Positions 9,565-20,054 of a stretch of DNA of 64,000 nucleotides are shown here, piece by piece (position 1 is the first letter of the stretch; each line of letters begins with the position of its first letter). Under the pieces are notes generated by a model that was not told where the DNA came from, ran no database searches, and worked only from the letters and a program-made list of their open reading frames with translations. This DNA comes from a virus, in IMG/VR virus record IMGVR_UViG_3300032246_001180, positions 1 through 64,000 of that record; one strand, given 5' to 3'. The position numbers and the translations under genes are program-made.

Positions 9565-10562
9565 TGACCACAAATATACAATACAATCGTGTCATTAGAA
9601 AACTAGTTGTTGGTTTTGGCAACTTGTTTGATAACATTACTTTAGTAAAATATAATACAGATAATTCTGAAGCAGAAAGAATGATTGTTCCTATTGCATA
9701 TGCTTCAAAAGAATTGTATGTGATGAGATTGCAAGACGATCCAGATTTAAGTAAAAAAGTAATGATGGCATTACCTAGAATGTCATTTGAGATGACAGGA
9801 TTAACTTATGATGCCAGCAGAAAACAAAATACAAACATAAAACAATTTTCAAAAGTATCAAACAATGGTATAAAATCAATATATAATCCTGTACCATATG
9901 ATTTTGATTTTTCATTATATCTTTATGTACGAAACATTGAAGATGGTACACAATTAATTGAACATATCTTACCTTATTTTACACCAGATTACACCATCAA
10001 ATTGAATCTTATTCCTGAGATGGGAATAATTAAAGAAGTTCCAATAGTATTAAAAAATACAGAATATGAAGTGATGTATGAAGGTAATAAAGACTCCAGC
10101 ACAAGAACGATTGTTTGGACATTAAACTTTACTGTTAAAGGTTTCATATTTGGTAAAACAACTTCTACTGGATTGATTAAGACTTCTATCACAAATATAT
10201 ACAATGACTTCACAAATGAAGATGAAGTAAATTTTGTTGTTGCAAACAACGGTACAGGAATGTATCAAACAGGAGAACTGGTATATCAAGGTTATTCTCC
10301 TGGTACCGCAACAGCTACAGGCAAAGTGGTGTTCTTTGCAAACACAATTAATAAATTAACTCTTACTGAGGTCAATGGAAACTTTGTTTCAGGAAGTCCT
10401 ATTGTTGGAATGAAAACAAACGCAAACTATTCTTTCACATCATATCAAATTGGTCCACAAAAATTGGCCAGAATTGTTGTTACTCCTAATCCAGCTGATG
10501 CTAACGCCAATTCTAATTATACATACACCACCACTATAACAGAATCACCATACATAACTTAA
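9564..10562 (+). CDS. gp15: Tail terminator / sheath stabilizer gp15
   Basis: FGNLFDNI, VPIAYA, LPRMSFE, QLIEHILPYFTP. Confidence 0.92.
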   Translation: MTTNIQYNRVIRKLVVGFGNLFDNITLVKYNTDNSEAERMIVPIAYASKELYVMRLQDDPDLSKKVMMALPRMSFEMTGLTYDASRKQNTNIKQFSKVSNNGIKSIYNPVPYDFDFSLYLYVRNIEDGTQLIEHILPYFTPDYTIKLNLIPEMGIIKEVPIVLKNTEYEVMYEGNKDSSTRTIVWTLNFTVKGFIFGKTTSTGLIKTSITNIYNDFTNEDEVNFVVANNGTGMYQTGELVYQGYSPGTATATGKVVFFANTINKLTLTEVNGNFVSGSPIVGMKTNANYSFTSYQIGPQKLARIVVTPNPADANANSNYTYTTTITESPYIT

Positions 10563-10563
10563 T

Positions 10564-10977
10564 ATGAATACATTTGATAAGAAGATGGAAGAAGTTTTTG
10601 ATTTGGTACCACAAGAAGTAAAAAAAGAAAAACTTCCTACAGTATCGGTTAGTTACAACCAGCCAGATTTAAAGCAAGATTTGACTGATGCTTACCAACA
10701 GTCAAAAGAAAATCTACAAGGCATCATTGACCAAGGCCAAGAAGCAATGGAAGAAATACTTAATATTGCAAAAGCTGGCCAACATCCAAGAGCATTTGAA
10801 GTTTACGGTACATTACTAAAAAATATGGTAGATGCCAACAAAGAACTTTTAAACATTCAAAAACAAATGCGTGATATGGATGAAGAAAAGAAATCAAAAG
10901 CGGGTACAAATATTGACAAGGCCATTTTTGTAGGTTCTACAGCAGAGTTGAATAAACTCATCAAAGGCAAAGATTAA
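10564..10977 (+). CDS. gp16: Terminase small subunit gp16
   Basis: HPRAFEVYG and FVGSTAEL motifs; directly upstream of gp17. Confidence 0.9.
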   Translation: MNTFDKKMEEVFDLVPQEVKKEKLPTVSVSYNQPDLKQDLTDAYQQSKENLQGIIDQGQEAMEEILNIAKAGQHPRAFEVYGTLLKNMVDANKELLNIQKQMRDMDEEKKSKAGTNIDKAIFVGSTAELNKLIKGKD

Positions 10978-12662
10978 TGGCCGTACAAACTAAAGATTCG
11001 TATCGTGATAATCCTCTACTTAAAAAAGTAGGTGTTGAACATCAATATACGAAAGAACAAGTTGAAGAATATATGAAATGTGCCAAAGATCCGGTATATT
11101 TCTGTATGAACTATATTAAAATTGTTAACGTAGACGAAGGTCTGATTAACTTTAAGATGTGGGACTTTCAAAAAGAAATGATTAATCTATTTAAAGATAA
11201 TCGTTTCGTAATTACAAAATGTCCTCGTCAGGTTGGTAAAACTACTACAACCGTAGGTTATCTTCTTTGGGCAACCATTTTTACAGACTCTCAGAACGTA
11301 GCGGTTTTAGCCAACAAAGGTTCATTAGCAAGAGATATTTTAGCTAAGTATCAACTTGCTTATGAAAACTTACCACAATGGTTACAACAAGGTGTGGTTA
11401 CATGGAATAAAGGTAACGTAGAATTAGAAAACGGTTCTAAAGTTATCGCAGCATCGACCTCTAGTTCTGCAATCCGAGGAGGTTCATTTAACATTGTATT
11501 CTTGGACGAATTTGCTTTCGTACCAAACAATATTGCCAATGAATTCTTTAACTCGGTTTATCCTGTAATTTCTTCTGGTAAATCGTCAAAAATTATTATT
11601 GTTTCTACACCAAATGGTATGAATTTGTTTTACAAACTTTGGATGGATTCTATTGAAGGCAGAAATAACTATAAGAATTTTGAGATTCATTGGTCTATGG
11701 TACCAGGCCGTGATGAGGTATGGAAAGAAGAAACAATCCGCAATACTTCTTATCGTCAATTCCAACAGGAGTTTGAAACCGAGTTCTTAGGTTCTTCAAA
11801 TACATTAATTTCTGGTTATAAACTGCAACAATTAAGGTATACCGATCCTATTGCTGAACACGACAAGTTGAAGATATATGAGTATCCTATCAAAGAAAAT
11901 GGTGATGATATTAAAACGGACCACCTGTATGCAATTGCAGTTGACGTTTCAGAAGGTAAAAATTTAGACTCATCTGCGTTCTCTGTTTTTGATATTTCTA
12001 CCACACCTTACAAGCAGGTGGCAACTTATTCTAGTTCTTCAATATCACCAATCTTATTGCCTACTGTAGTGGTAAATGCGGCAAAACTATATAATGATGC
12101 GTACATCTTAGTTGAGATAAACAATAATCCGCAGGTTGCAGAATACATTCATTCAGATTTAGAATACGAAAACCTTTTAAAAGTATTTACAGGTAACAAA
12201 AAACCACAACAATTGTCGGCTGGTTTTGCAAGAGGCATACAGATGGGTCTGAAAATGTCGCCTCAAGTAAAACAAGTAGGTTGTTCGAACCTCAAAACCT
12301 TGATTGAAGGCGACAAGTTGTTAATTAATGATTTTGATACATACTCTGAACTGACTACATTTGAACAACACAAAGCATCTTTTGCTGCTGCGGACGGTGC
12401 AAATGACGATATGGCCATGACTTTGGTGATTTTTGCGTGGGCAACCACTCAAAAGTATTTCAGAGATATTGTCAACCATGATTTAAGAAAACAAATTCAG
12501 TTAGAAAACATGAATCAATATGATGAAGACGTATTACCCACTCCAATTATTGACGATGGTCTAGAACACGATTTCATGGTTGAAGGTGGTGATGTATGGG
12601 AAGTTGCGGGTGGTTCAAATACTTATGAGCAGTATACCAAAGATTTTTTCCGCAAGATGTAA
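10977..12662 (+). CDS. gp17: Terminase large subunit gp17
   Basis: PRQVGKTT Walker A; FLDEFAFV Walker B; STPNG; nuclease VDVSEG and DDMAM. Confidence 0.96.
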   Translation: MAVQTKDSYRDNPLLKKVGVEHQYTKEQVEEYMKCAKDPVYFCMNYIKIVNVDEGLINFKMWDFQKEMINLFKDNRFVITKCPRQVGKTTTTVGYLLWATIFTDSQNVAVLANKGSLARDILAKYQLAYENLPQWLQQGVVTWNKGNVELENGSKVIAASTSSSAIRGGSFNIVFLDEFAFVPNNIANEFFNSVYPVISSGKSSKIIIVSTPNGMNLFYKLWMDSIEGRNNYKNFEIHWSMVPGRDEVWKEETIRNTSYRQFQQEFETEFLGSSNTLISGYKLQQLRYTDPIAEHDKLKIYEYPIKENGDDIKTDHLYAIAVDVSEGKNLDSSAFSVFDISTTPYKQVATYSSSSISPILLPTVVVNAAKLYNDAYILVEINNNPQVAEYIHSDLEYENLLKVFTGNKKPQQLSAGFARGIQMGLKMSPQVKQVGCSNLKTLIEGDKLLINDFDTYSELTTFEQHKASFAAADGANDDMAMTLVIFAWATTQKYFRDIVNHDLRKQIQLENMNQYDEDVLPTPIIDDGLEHDFMVEGGDVWEVAGGSNTYEQYTKDFFRKM

Positions 12663-12734
12663 AACCGATGATTCATAAATATCCATATGGTATTTTAACT
12701 GCCAAGAACAAAATAATAATTCAAGGAGAATAAA

Positions 12735-14432
12735 ATGGCGTTTCAACTCTCTCCAGGCGTAAATGTTTCCGAAATCGATTTAACCACAATCGTTCCTTCG
12801 GTCGTTTCTAGTGCTGGTGCTTATGCTGGAATGTTTAATTGGGGTCCGGCCAATAAAGTTATACAGGTCGACAGCGAAAAAACATTATACAATATGTTTA
12901 CACCAGCTAATCCTAATTCAAATACAGCAACTTCGTTTTTTACTTGCGCTAGTTTCTTAGCTTATGGTAATAATTTAAATATTGTTCGTACCCTTGGTGC
13001 TAACAGTAGAAATGCTGATGCAAATACTTCAGCAAACAATGTACAAATTACTAATGAAGATGTTTTCCAAGCTAGTTATATGTTAACTAACAACGCAAAC
13101 ACTTTTGGACCTTTTATTGCAAGATATTCTGGTTCGTTAGGAAATGCTTTGACTGTTTCTGTATGCGATTCGGTAGGATTTACAAATTGGACATACAAAT
13201 CTTACTTTACCTCTGCACCAGGTACTTCAGAATTTGTATCAAATGCTGGTGGCTCAGGTGATGAATTGCACATTGTTGTTGTAGACTCAACAGGTGATTT
13301 TAGTGGTACAGCCGGAACAGTTTTAGAAACTTATCCATTTGTTTCAAAGGCATTTGATGCTACTTTAAATGGTCAAGCCAACTACTATAAGCAAGTAATT
13401 TTTAACAATTCAAATTACGTTTATGCAGTTGATCCTCCACAATATTCAGCCACTTATCAAACATGGGGTCAAGTAGCAGCTGGTAGAACTTTCCAAAACT
13501 TAACCGCTCCTGTTACTGTTTCATTAGCTGGCGGTACAGATGAAACTCCAACTGATGGTCAAATTGAATTAGGTTGGGATTTATTTGCAAACAAAGAAAC
13601 AATTGAAGTTTCATTGTTATTAACCGGTGGTCATTCTATTGCTGTTCAACAATATGTTATTGATAATATTGCAAACGCTCGTAAAGACTGCGTTGCATTT
13701 ATTTCGCCTCCTTATTCAGCAGTTGTTAATCAAAATGGTGGTGAAGCCGCTAATATTGTAACTTGGTTAGGAAGTTTATCACGTTCATCGTCTTACGCTG
13801 TTGCCGACTCTGGTTGGAAATATATGTACGACAAATATAACAGCACATATCGTTGGGTACCACTAAACGGTGATACCGCTGGTCTGTGTGCTTATGTTGA
13901 CACAATTCGTGATCCTTGGTGGTCACCTGCTGGTTTCAACCGTGGTAATATTAAAAACGCTATTAAACTGGCGTGGTCACCAAGTAAAACATATCGTGAT
14001 ACCTTGTACAATGCAGGTGTAAATCCTGTTTGTTCATTCCCTGGTAACGGTATCGTGTTGTTTGGAGATAAAACACTACAAGCAAAACCATCCGCATTTG
14101 ATAGAATTAACGTGCGTAGATTGTTTATTACGTTAGAGAAAGCAATTGCTAAGGCTGCACAATATTCATTGTTTGAATTCAATGATGAATTTACCCGTGC
14201 TCAGTTTGTTGCGTTAGTAACTCCATTCTTGCGTGAGGTTCAAGGTCGCCGTGGTATCACCGACTTCCGTGTTGTGTGTGATTCTACTAACAACACAGGA
14301 TACATAATCGACAGTAACCAGTTTGTTGGAGATATCTACATCAAGCCTGCTCGTTCAATCAACTTTATCCAATTGAATTTCGTTGCAGTTGGAACTGGTG
14401 TTGACTTCACAACAGTCGTTGGTCAGTTCTAA
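12735..14432 (+). CDS. gp18: Tail sheath protein gp18
   Basis: LSPGVNVSEIDLT; PWWSPAGFNRG; FDRINVRRLF; IKPARSINFI. Confidence 0.96.
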   Translation: MAFQLSPGVNVSEIDLTTIVPSVVSSAGAYAGMFNWGPANKVIQVDSEKTLYNMFTPANPNSNTATSFFTCASFLAYGNNLNIVRTLGANSRNADANTSANNVQITNEDVFQASYMLTNNANTFGPFIARYSGSLGNALTVSVCDSVGFTNWTYKSYFTSAPGTSEFVSNAGGSGDELHIVVVDSTGDFSGTAGTVLETYPFVSKAFDATLNGQANYYKQVIFNNSNYVYAVDPPQYSATYQTWGQVAAGRTFQNLTAPVTVSLAGGTDETPTDGQIELGWDLFANKETIEVSLLLTGGHSIAVQQYVIDNIANARKDCVAFISPPYSAVVNQNGGEAANIVTWLGSLSRSSSYAVADSGWKYMYDKYNSTYRWVPLNGDTAGLCAYVDTIRDPWWSPAGFNRGNIKNAIKLAWSPSKTYRDTLYNAGVNPVCSFPGNGIVLFGDKTLQAKPSAFDRINVRRLFITLEKAIAKAAQYSLFEFNDEFTRAQFVALVTPFLREVQGRRGITDFRVVCDSTNNTGYIIDSNQFVGDIYIKPARSINFIQLNFVAVGTGVDFTTVVGQF

Positions 14433-14460
14433 TAAATACTAACGAATAGGAGAAAACAAA

Positions 14461-15003
14461 ATGGCATTCAACGTAGCAGAATTTAGAAGTCAAATGGTTG
14501 GTGACGGTGCCCGTCCCAACTTATTTCAGGTAACTCTAACTTTTCCCGCAGTAGCTGCTGGGGGTTCAGTTGCAGGTCAAAAAGTAAGTTTCATGGCCAA
14601 AGCGGCACAACTACCAGGTTCTACTGTTGGTACTGTGCCTGTTTATTATTTTGGTCGTGAACTGAAATTTGCAGGTAACAGAACCTTTACAGATTGGACA
14701 TTGCAAATTATTAACGATGAAGATTTCGCAATCCGTAACGCATTAGAATCATGGATGAACGCAATTAATAGTCATGGTAGTAATGTACGCAACGCAGCTG
14801 CTGGTTCACCAGGAGGTTATACTGTTGACGCTTCAGTTGCACAATACAGCAAAACCGGAGATGTTTTAAAGTCTTATAAATTTGTTGGTTTGTTTCCACT
14901 TGATATTGCACCAATCGATTTGGATTGGCAAAGCAATGACTCGATTGAAGAATATTCAGCGACATTTGCTTATCAATGGTGGGAAGCTGATACAACAAGT
15001 TAA
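14461..15003 (+). CDS. gp19: Tail tube protein gp19
   Basis: GARPNLFQV; GRELKFAGNRTF; IEEYSATFAYQWW. Confidence 0.95.
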   Translation: MAFNVAEFRSQMVGDGARPNLFQVTLTFPAVAAGGSVAGQKVSFMAKAAQLPGSTVGTVPVYYFGRELKFAGNRTFTDWTLQIINDEDFAIRNALESWMNAINSHGSNVRNAAAGSPGGYTVDASVAQYSKTGDVLKSYKFVGLFPLDIAPIDLDWQSNDSIEEYSATFAYQWWEADTTS

Positions 15004-15012
15004 TTATTTTAT

Positions 15013-15036
15013 AAGAAGGATTTCGGTCCTTCTTTT
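15013..15036 (+). terminator. Intrinsic terminator after gp19
   Basis: AAGAAGGA-tTTCGg-TCCTTCTT followed by T-rich tract. Confidence 0.75.
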
Positions 15037-15066
15037 ATGTTTTTTTGAATTGGAAAAATAAACAAT

Positions 15067-16770
15067 ATGGCAGCTTCAAATAAATTCTCTCTCTTTGGGT
15101 TTACGATTGCACGAAACAAGTCTGAAGAAGACAATGCCGTGCAACAAACCTTTTCGCCTCCGTCTAACGATGACGGAGCTCTTACTATTACGTCAGCTGC
15201 ATATTATGGAACTTATGTTGACTTAGACGGTAGTGCAAAAAATGAAGTAGAAATGATTTCTCGTTATAGAGAAATGGCTATGCAGCCAGAAATTGAATCG
15301 GCTATAGATGATATTATGAATGAGGCTATCGTACAAGATGATGATGGCCGAATTACAAATATTGTTTTAGATAATCTGGATCAGCCAGATAAAATTAAAA
15401 AAGCCATTAAAGAAGAATTTAATACTGTTCTTCGTATGTTGAATTATAACAACATGGCACACGATATCTTCCGCAGATATTATATTGATGGTAGACTTTA
15501 TTACCATGTAATTATCGATAGAGATAACCCTACGCAAGGTGTCAAAGAATTAAGATATGTTGATCCACGAAAATTACGCAAAGTTCGTGAGATTAAAAAG
15601 AAAAAAGATGAACGCACAGGCGTAGAAATGATGGACGTGGTTAACGAATACTACGTTTATAACGATAAAGTGGTTACTGGAGGTTCTAGTAACTACGGTC
15701 CAATTGGTGTTCGTATTACAACAGATTCTATTATTGCTGTTGTATCAGGTTTAATGGACGCACGCCGTGCTGTTGTTCTGAGTTATCTACATAAAGCAAT
15801 CAAACCACTCAACCAATTAAGGATGATTGAAGATGCTACTGTCATATACCGAATTAGTCGTGCTCCTGAGCGCCGCATTTTTTATATCGATGTGGGTAAT
15901 CTCCCGAAATTAAAAGCCGAACAGTATCTTCGTGATATCATGGTCAAGTATAAAAACAAACTTGTCTATGATGCAAACACAGGTGAAGTTCGTGATGACC
16001 GTAAGTTTCTGTCTATGATGGAAGATTTTTGGTTACCTCGCCGTGAAGGTGGTAAAGGTACTGAGATTACTACATTGCCAGGTGGCCAAAACCTAGGTGA
16101 ACTGGAAGACGTTAAGTATTTCCAAAAGAAATTGTATGGTTCACTAAGTGTACCAATTTCTCGTTTAGAACCAAGTGAAGGATTTTCACTAGGTCGTTCT
16201 ACTGAAGTTACTAGAGATGAATTAAAGTTCTCTAAATTTGTTGATAGAATTAGAAACCGTTTTTCTGATTTGTTTAATCAAGCTTTGCGTGTACAGTTGG
16301 TACTTAAAGGTGTTTGTACGGCTGAAGAATTTGATTTATTTAAAGAAAACATCCATTATGATTTCATAAGGGACAACAACTTTAGTGAATTAAAAGAAGC
16401 TGAATTAATGACAAACCGTTTAGGTTTGTTGGGTCAAGTTGATCCATACACAGGTAGATATTTCTCTCAGAAATGGATTCAACAAAATGTCTTGCGTTTG
16501 AACGATGATGAAATCGATGAGATGCAGAAACAAATTGACCAAGAAAAGAAAGATGGCAATGGATTGCCAGTTGGTGTTATGAATGATGTTGCACAACAAC
16601 AAATGATGAGTCAAGTACCTGGTCAACCAGGAAATCCTGATGACCAACAACATCAAGCTGATATGCAACAAGCTCAATTAGACCATCAAGCTGATATGGC
16701 CAAATCGCAGAAAAAAGAAGAAGTTGTTATTGGTATTAATACTTTTGACAAATTGAAACGTATCTTATAA
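15067..16770 (+). CDS. gp20: Portal protein gp20
   Basis: YRISRAPERRIFYIDVGNLP; EDFWLPRREGGKGTEITTLPGG. Confidence 0.97.
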   Translation: MAASNKFSLFGFTIARNKSEEDNAVQQTFSPPSNDDGALTITSAAYYGTYVDLDGSAKNEVEMISRYREMAMQPEIESAIDDIMNEAIVQDDDGRITNIVLDNLDQPDKIKKAIKEEFNTVLRMLNYNNMAHDIFRRYYIDGRLYYHVIIDRDNPTQGVKELRYVDPRKLRKVREIKKKKDERTGVEMMDVVNEYYVYNDKVVTGGSSNYGPIGVRITTDSIIAVVSGLMDARRAVVLSYLHKAIKPLNQLRMIEDATVIYRISRAPERRIFYIDVGNLPKLKAEQYLRDIMVKYKNKLVYDANTGEVRDDRKFLSMMEDFWLPRREGGKGTEITTLPGGQNLGELEDVKYFQKKLYGSLSVPISRLEPSEGFSLGRSTEVTRDELKFSKFVDRIRNRFSDLFNQALRVQLVLKGVCTAEEFDLFKENIHYDFIRDNNFSELKEAELMTNRLGLLGQVDPYTGRYFSQKWIQQNVLRLNDDEIDEMQKQIDQEKKDGNGLPVGVMNDVAQQQMMSQVPGQPGNPDDQQHQADMQQAQLDHQADMAKSQKKEEVVIGINTFDKLKRIL

Positions 16771-16773
16771 ATA
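16766..16773 (+). promoter_or_regulatory. T4-type late promoter
   Basis: TATAAATA. Confidence 0.65.
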
Positions 16774-16790
16774 TTGAATTGGAGATAAAA

Positions 16791-16979
16791 ATGACAGACA
16801 CAACAAAAGCTATTATTGACTATGCATATGATGATAACGCTAAAGAAATGCGAGATGCATTGTATTCAGATATTCAAGATAGAGTTATGGCACATATTGA
16901 TGCCAAAAAACAAGAGATTGCTCGTACCTTAATCGCTAGGTCTGAAGATACAGAAGAAGAACAAGTTGAAAACACTTAA
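16791..16979 (+). CDS. Small acidic prohead core protein (gp67-like)
   Basis: Directly after gp20; acidic tail; GGAGA SD before ATG 16791. Confidence 0.55.
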   Translation: MTDTTKAIIDYAYDDNAKEMRDALYSDIQDRVMAHIDAKKQEIARTLIARSEDTEEEQVENT

Positions 16980-17196
16980 AGAATTTTTATCGGAAAAACG
17001 TTCGGTACCTAAACTACCAGCGGATCCTCCTAACGTTTTAATAATGAAACGTAAGGCGATTAGAAATTTTCCAAATGGCCAAAGAGTGGCATTATATCAT
17101 GTGGATAAAATTAATAAATACGTTACGATACCATACGAAGCTATGCATTGGTCTAGCTCAGTACCAGACGAATTCAAGAACATTACTTTAGGATAA
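16966..17196 (+). CDS. Hypothetical protein in head operon
   Basis: TTG start; DPPNVLIMKRKAIRNFPNGQRVALY. Confidence 0.55.
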   Translation: MKTLKEFLSEKRSVPKLPADPPNVLIMKRKAIRNFPNGQRVALYHVDKINKYVTIPYEAMHWSSSVPDEFKNITLG

Positions 17197-17199
17197 AAA

Positions 17200-17727
17200 A
17201 TGGCAATCGCAAATAGCACACAAATTTTAATTGATACAAATAAAAGAACCGTTATTAAACGTATCGGCGTTATAGACTCCGATGAAAATGAAACAGTTTT
17301 TATTGATCCTAGAGCTTTGGCGTATGCGTTGAATGCTAATGGTGCAATCTATCAAACCGGCAATACAGTTGCGACCGGTTTTGCAAACTCGGCTTTTACG
17401 ATTTCCAGAATTCTTGCTTCTGTTGATGCTGAAGTTGGTCATTTACAATTAAAATGGCAAGGTTCAAATGCTAAAACTATTGTTGCATATGGTGTAGGAT
17501 ATCATGATAGTAATCCCCAATATCAATTACCATCATTTCCAAATGATGCAACCGGTCCTTCAGGCAACGTAACAATTAAAACTGTTGGTACAACCGCTAA
17601 TGCAGCCTATACTGTTATTATTGAGTTACATAAGAATAATCAATTCTATAGCGCTGGACAGTTCCAAGAACCAGGTGCATTTAACTATCCACCATACAGT
17701 ATTACTCCTACACCATTTAATCCGTAA
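17200..17727 (+). CDS. Hypothetical virion protein
   Basis: AGGA SD; within head operon. Confidence 0.6.
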   Translation: MAIANSTQILIDTNKRTVIKRIGVIDSDENETVFIDPRALAYALNANGAIYQTGNTVATGFANSAFTISRILASVDAEVGHLQLKWQGSNAKTIVAYGVGYHDSNPQYQLPSFPNDATGPSGNVTIKTVGTTANAAYTVIIELHKNNQFYSAGQFQEPGAFNYPPYSITPTPFNP

Positions 17728-18131
17728 TGAAAGATTTTGTTTCAAGTATTTTTAATGGTGACCTTATTGAGGCACAAAGGATACTTGAGGAACGGATAGA
17801 ACAAATAGTAGAAGAAAAACTGCAACTGATTGGTATGAAAGTTGCAGAAGAATTAGATAGTGATTTAACTGAGGCAAACGTATTAAAACAAGGTAGAACC
17901 AAGTTAATACGATTGCGTATCAGAAAAGGTAAAGTACAACGTAGAGTTAAGAAGTCAGCAGTCAAAGGTTTTGTGTTTCGTTTTGGTAAATTAAGTCGTA
18001 TGACACCAATGGAACGTAGACACAGAAAAATGGGTGCAAGACGGGCCAAGATTAAACGTAAAGCAAAAATGGGGCAATCAATCCGTAAAAGGTTTAGAGC
18101 TCTACAAAGAAGAAAGTCGATGGGGGTATAA
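17727..18131 (+). CDS. Prohead core protein gp68-like
   Basis: Highly basic C-terminus; directly before gp21. Confidence 0.65.
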   Translation: MKDFVSSIFNGDLIEAQRILEERIEQIVEEKLQLIGMKVAEELDSDLTEANVLKQGRTKLIRLRIRKGKVQRRVKKSAVKGFVFRFGKLSRMTPMERRHRKMGARRAKIKRKAKMGQSIRKRFRALQRRKSMGV

Positions 18132-18775
18132 TGAAACTTATCAAAGAAGTTTTCGAAACAATCAACTATCTTGTCGAAGAAAAAGACGGCAAGAAATCGT
18201 TGTATATTGAAGGACCATTTCTACAATCAGAAGTGGTAAACCGCAATGGGCGTAAGTATATGAAAGAGTCCATGGCTAAAGAGGTTAACCGATATACACA
18301 AGAATATATTAATAAAAATCGTGCCTTTGGTGAACTCGGTCATCCCGATACACCATCAATCAATCTGGATAGGGTTTCTCATCTAACGACAAACCTTAGA
18401 CAAGAGGGGAATGATTGGATAGGCAAAGCAAAAATTCTTGAAACACCAATGGGAAACATTGTTAAGAGTTTGCTAGAGGGTGGCGCACAAATTGGAGTGT
18501 CGTCCCGAGGCATGGGTTCTCTTAAGACTGTCAATGGTGTACATATAGTTCAAGATGATTTTCATCTAGCCACAGCGGCGGATATAGTAGCAGACCCTTC
18601 AGCACCTAATGCTTTCGTGCAAGGCATTATGGAAGGAAAAGAATGGATGTTAGTAAATGGTGTATGGACCGAACAAGATTACTCTCAAGCGAAAACACAA
18701 ATTCGCAAGGCATCACAAAGAGAAATCGAGGAAGTAAGTCTACACATATTCGAAAACTTCCTGAAAAAACTTTAA
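18131..18775 (+). CDS. gp21: Prohead protease gp21
   Basis: NRNGRKY; GELGHP; GVSSRGMGS; DIVADPSAPNA. Confidence 0.95.
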   Translation: MKLIKEVFETINYLVEEKDGKKSLYIEGPFLQSEVVNRNGRKYMKESMAKEVNRYTQEYINKNRAFGELGHPDTPSINLDRVSHLTTNLRQEGNDWIGKAKILETPMGNIVKSLLEGGAQIGVSSRGMGSLKTVNGVHIVQDDFHLATAADIVADPSAPNAFVQGIMEGKEWMLVNGVWTEQDYSQAKTQIRKASQREIEEVSLHIFENFLKKL

Positions 18776-18776
18776 A

Positions 18777-18784
18777 TATAAATA
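18777..18784 (+). promoter_or_regulatory. T4-type late promoter for gp22
   Basis: TATAAATA 28 nt before the ATG. Confidence 0.7.
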
Positions 18785-18812
18785 TCCAATACAAATCAAG
18801 GAGATTTTCAAA

Positions 18813-20015
18813 ATGGCAAAATTTAATCTGTCCGAAGCCGCTAAAGACATCCTTTCAGGAAGCGTTTCTGCTAAGCAAGGTGGCCAAGATAAACCAGCTA
18901 AGTTGTCTGGCGATGTTGCATACGGCACTAAAGAAGCCGGCGACATTGGCACACAAGTAACTAAAACTACCGATGGTGGACCTGATGCTACCAAAGGCGC
19001 ACCTACAGCAACACCTCCTGGTGCAAAACCACCTGTTGGTTCTGAACCAATGAAGAAACTCAAAGGTCAGCCACAACAGACTGATGGTGTTTCCGCAGAA
19101 CAACCAGAAGGCAAACCAGGCAAACAAATGATGGATATGAACAAAGGTGCAACATTTCAACAGTACGAAGAAACTGAATCTGAAGACGAAGATGTTGTTT
19201 TTGAGGAAAAAGAAGAAGGTCATGAAGATGCTGCTCAAGACAAAGCCTTAATCAAAAAAGAAATTCAGAAAGAAAAAATGAAAGAAAAAATGAAAGAAGA
19301 TGTTGACGCATTGCTTTCTGGTGAAAATCTTTCCGAAGAATTTAAGACCAAAGCAACTACCATTTTTGAAGCTGCTGTTATTGCTCGTGCAGAAGAAGTT
19401 ATTGCTTCCGCTGAAGAACAATTAACAGAACAATTTGAAACTGCTATCGAACAAGTTAAAGAAGAATTGGCTGCTAAAGTCGATGACTACTTGAACTACA
19501 TGGTAGAAGAATGGATTAAAGAAAATGAACTCGCAATCGAAAAAGGTCTTCGTGCCGAAATTGTTGAAGACTTCATTTCTGGATTAAAAGGATTGTTCGA
19601 AGAACATTACATCGATATTCCTGAAGACAAAGTGGACGTTGTTGAAGAATTAACCAACAAGGTTTCCGAACTTGAAGACTCTTTGAATGAGCAAATTAAA
19701 ATTGCTGTTGAGATGAAGAAGTCTTTAAGCGAATCAAAAAAGATTGAGGCTATACACGCAGCGTGTGAAGGCCTGACGCAGACGCAAGTAGAAAAAATGA
19801 AATCACTCGCAGAGGGTGTAGATTTTACTACAGAAGAAGAATTTGTAACTAAACTTGACACATTGAAAGAATCATATTTCAAGTCTGATGTTAAAGTTGC
19901 AGACACTTCAGCTTTCGAAGAAGTTATTGTTGAAGAAGAAAAGAAAGGCGTTAAGTCTTCTGATCCTTCAATGGAAATTTACGCAAAGACAATCTCACAA
20001 ACTCTGAAATCATAA
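18813..20015 (+). CDS. gp22: Prohead scaffolding protein gp22
   Basis: LSEEFKTKATTIFEAAV; VDDYLNYMVEEW; acidic coiled coil before gp23. Confidence 0.92.
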   Translation: MAKFNLSEAAKDILSGSVSAKQGGQDKPAKLSGDVAYGTKEAGDIGTQVTKTTDGGPDATKGAPTATPPGAKPPVGSEPMKKLKGQPQQTDGVSAEQPEGKPGKQMMDMNKGATFQQYEETESEDEDVVFEEKEEGHEDAAQDKALIKKEIQKEKMKEKMKEDVDALLSGENLSEEFKTKATTIFEAAVIARAEEVIASAEEQLTEQFETAIEQVKEELAAKVDDYLNYMVEEWIKENELAIEKGLRAEIVEDFISGLKGLFEEHYIDIPEDKVDVVEELTNKVSELEDSLNEQIKIAVEMKKSLSESKKIEAIHAACEGLTQTQVEKMKSLAEGVDFTTEEEFVTKLDTLKESYFKSDVKVADTSAFEEVIVEEEKKGVKSSDPSMEIYAKTISQTLKS

Positions 20016-20054
20016 ATAAGATTTCATTCTAGATACTAACAAGGAGAAAAACTA

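Noticed and set aside
16651-16698. Direct repeat CATCAAGCTGATATG in gp20
   Set aside because: Encodes a low-complexity HQADM repeat in the variable portal tail.
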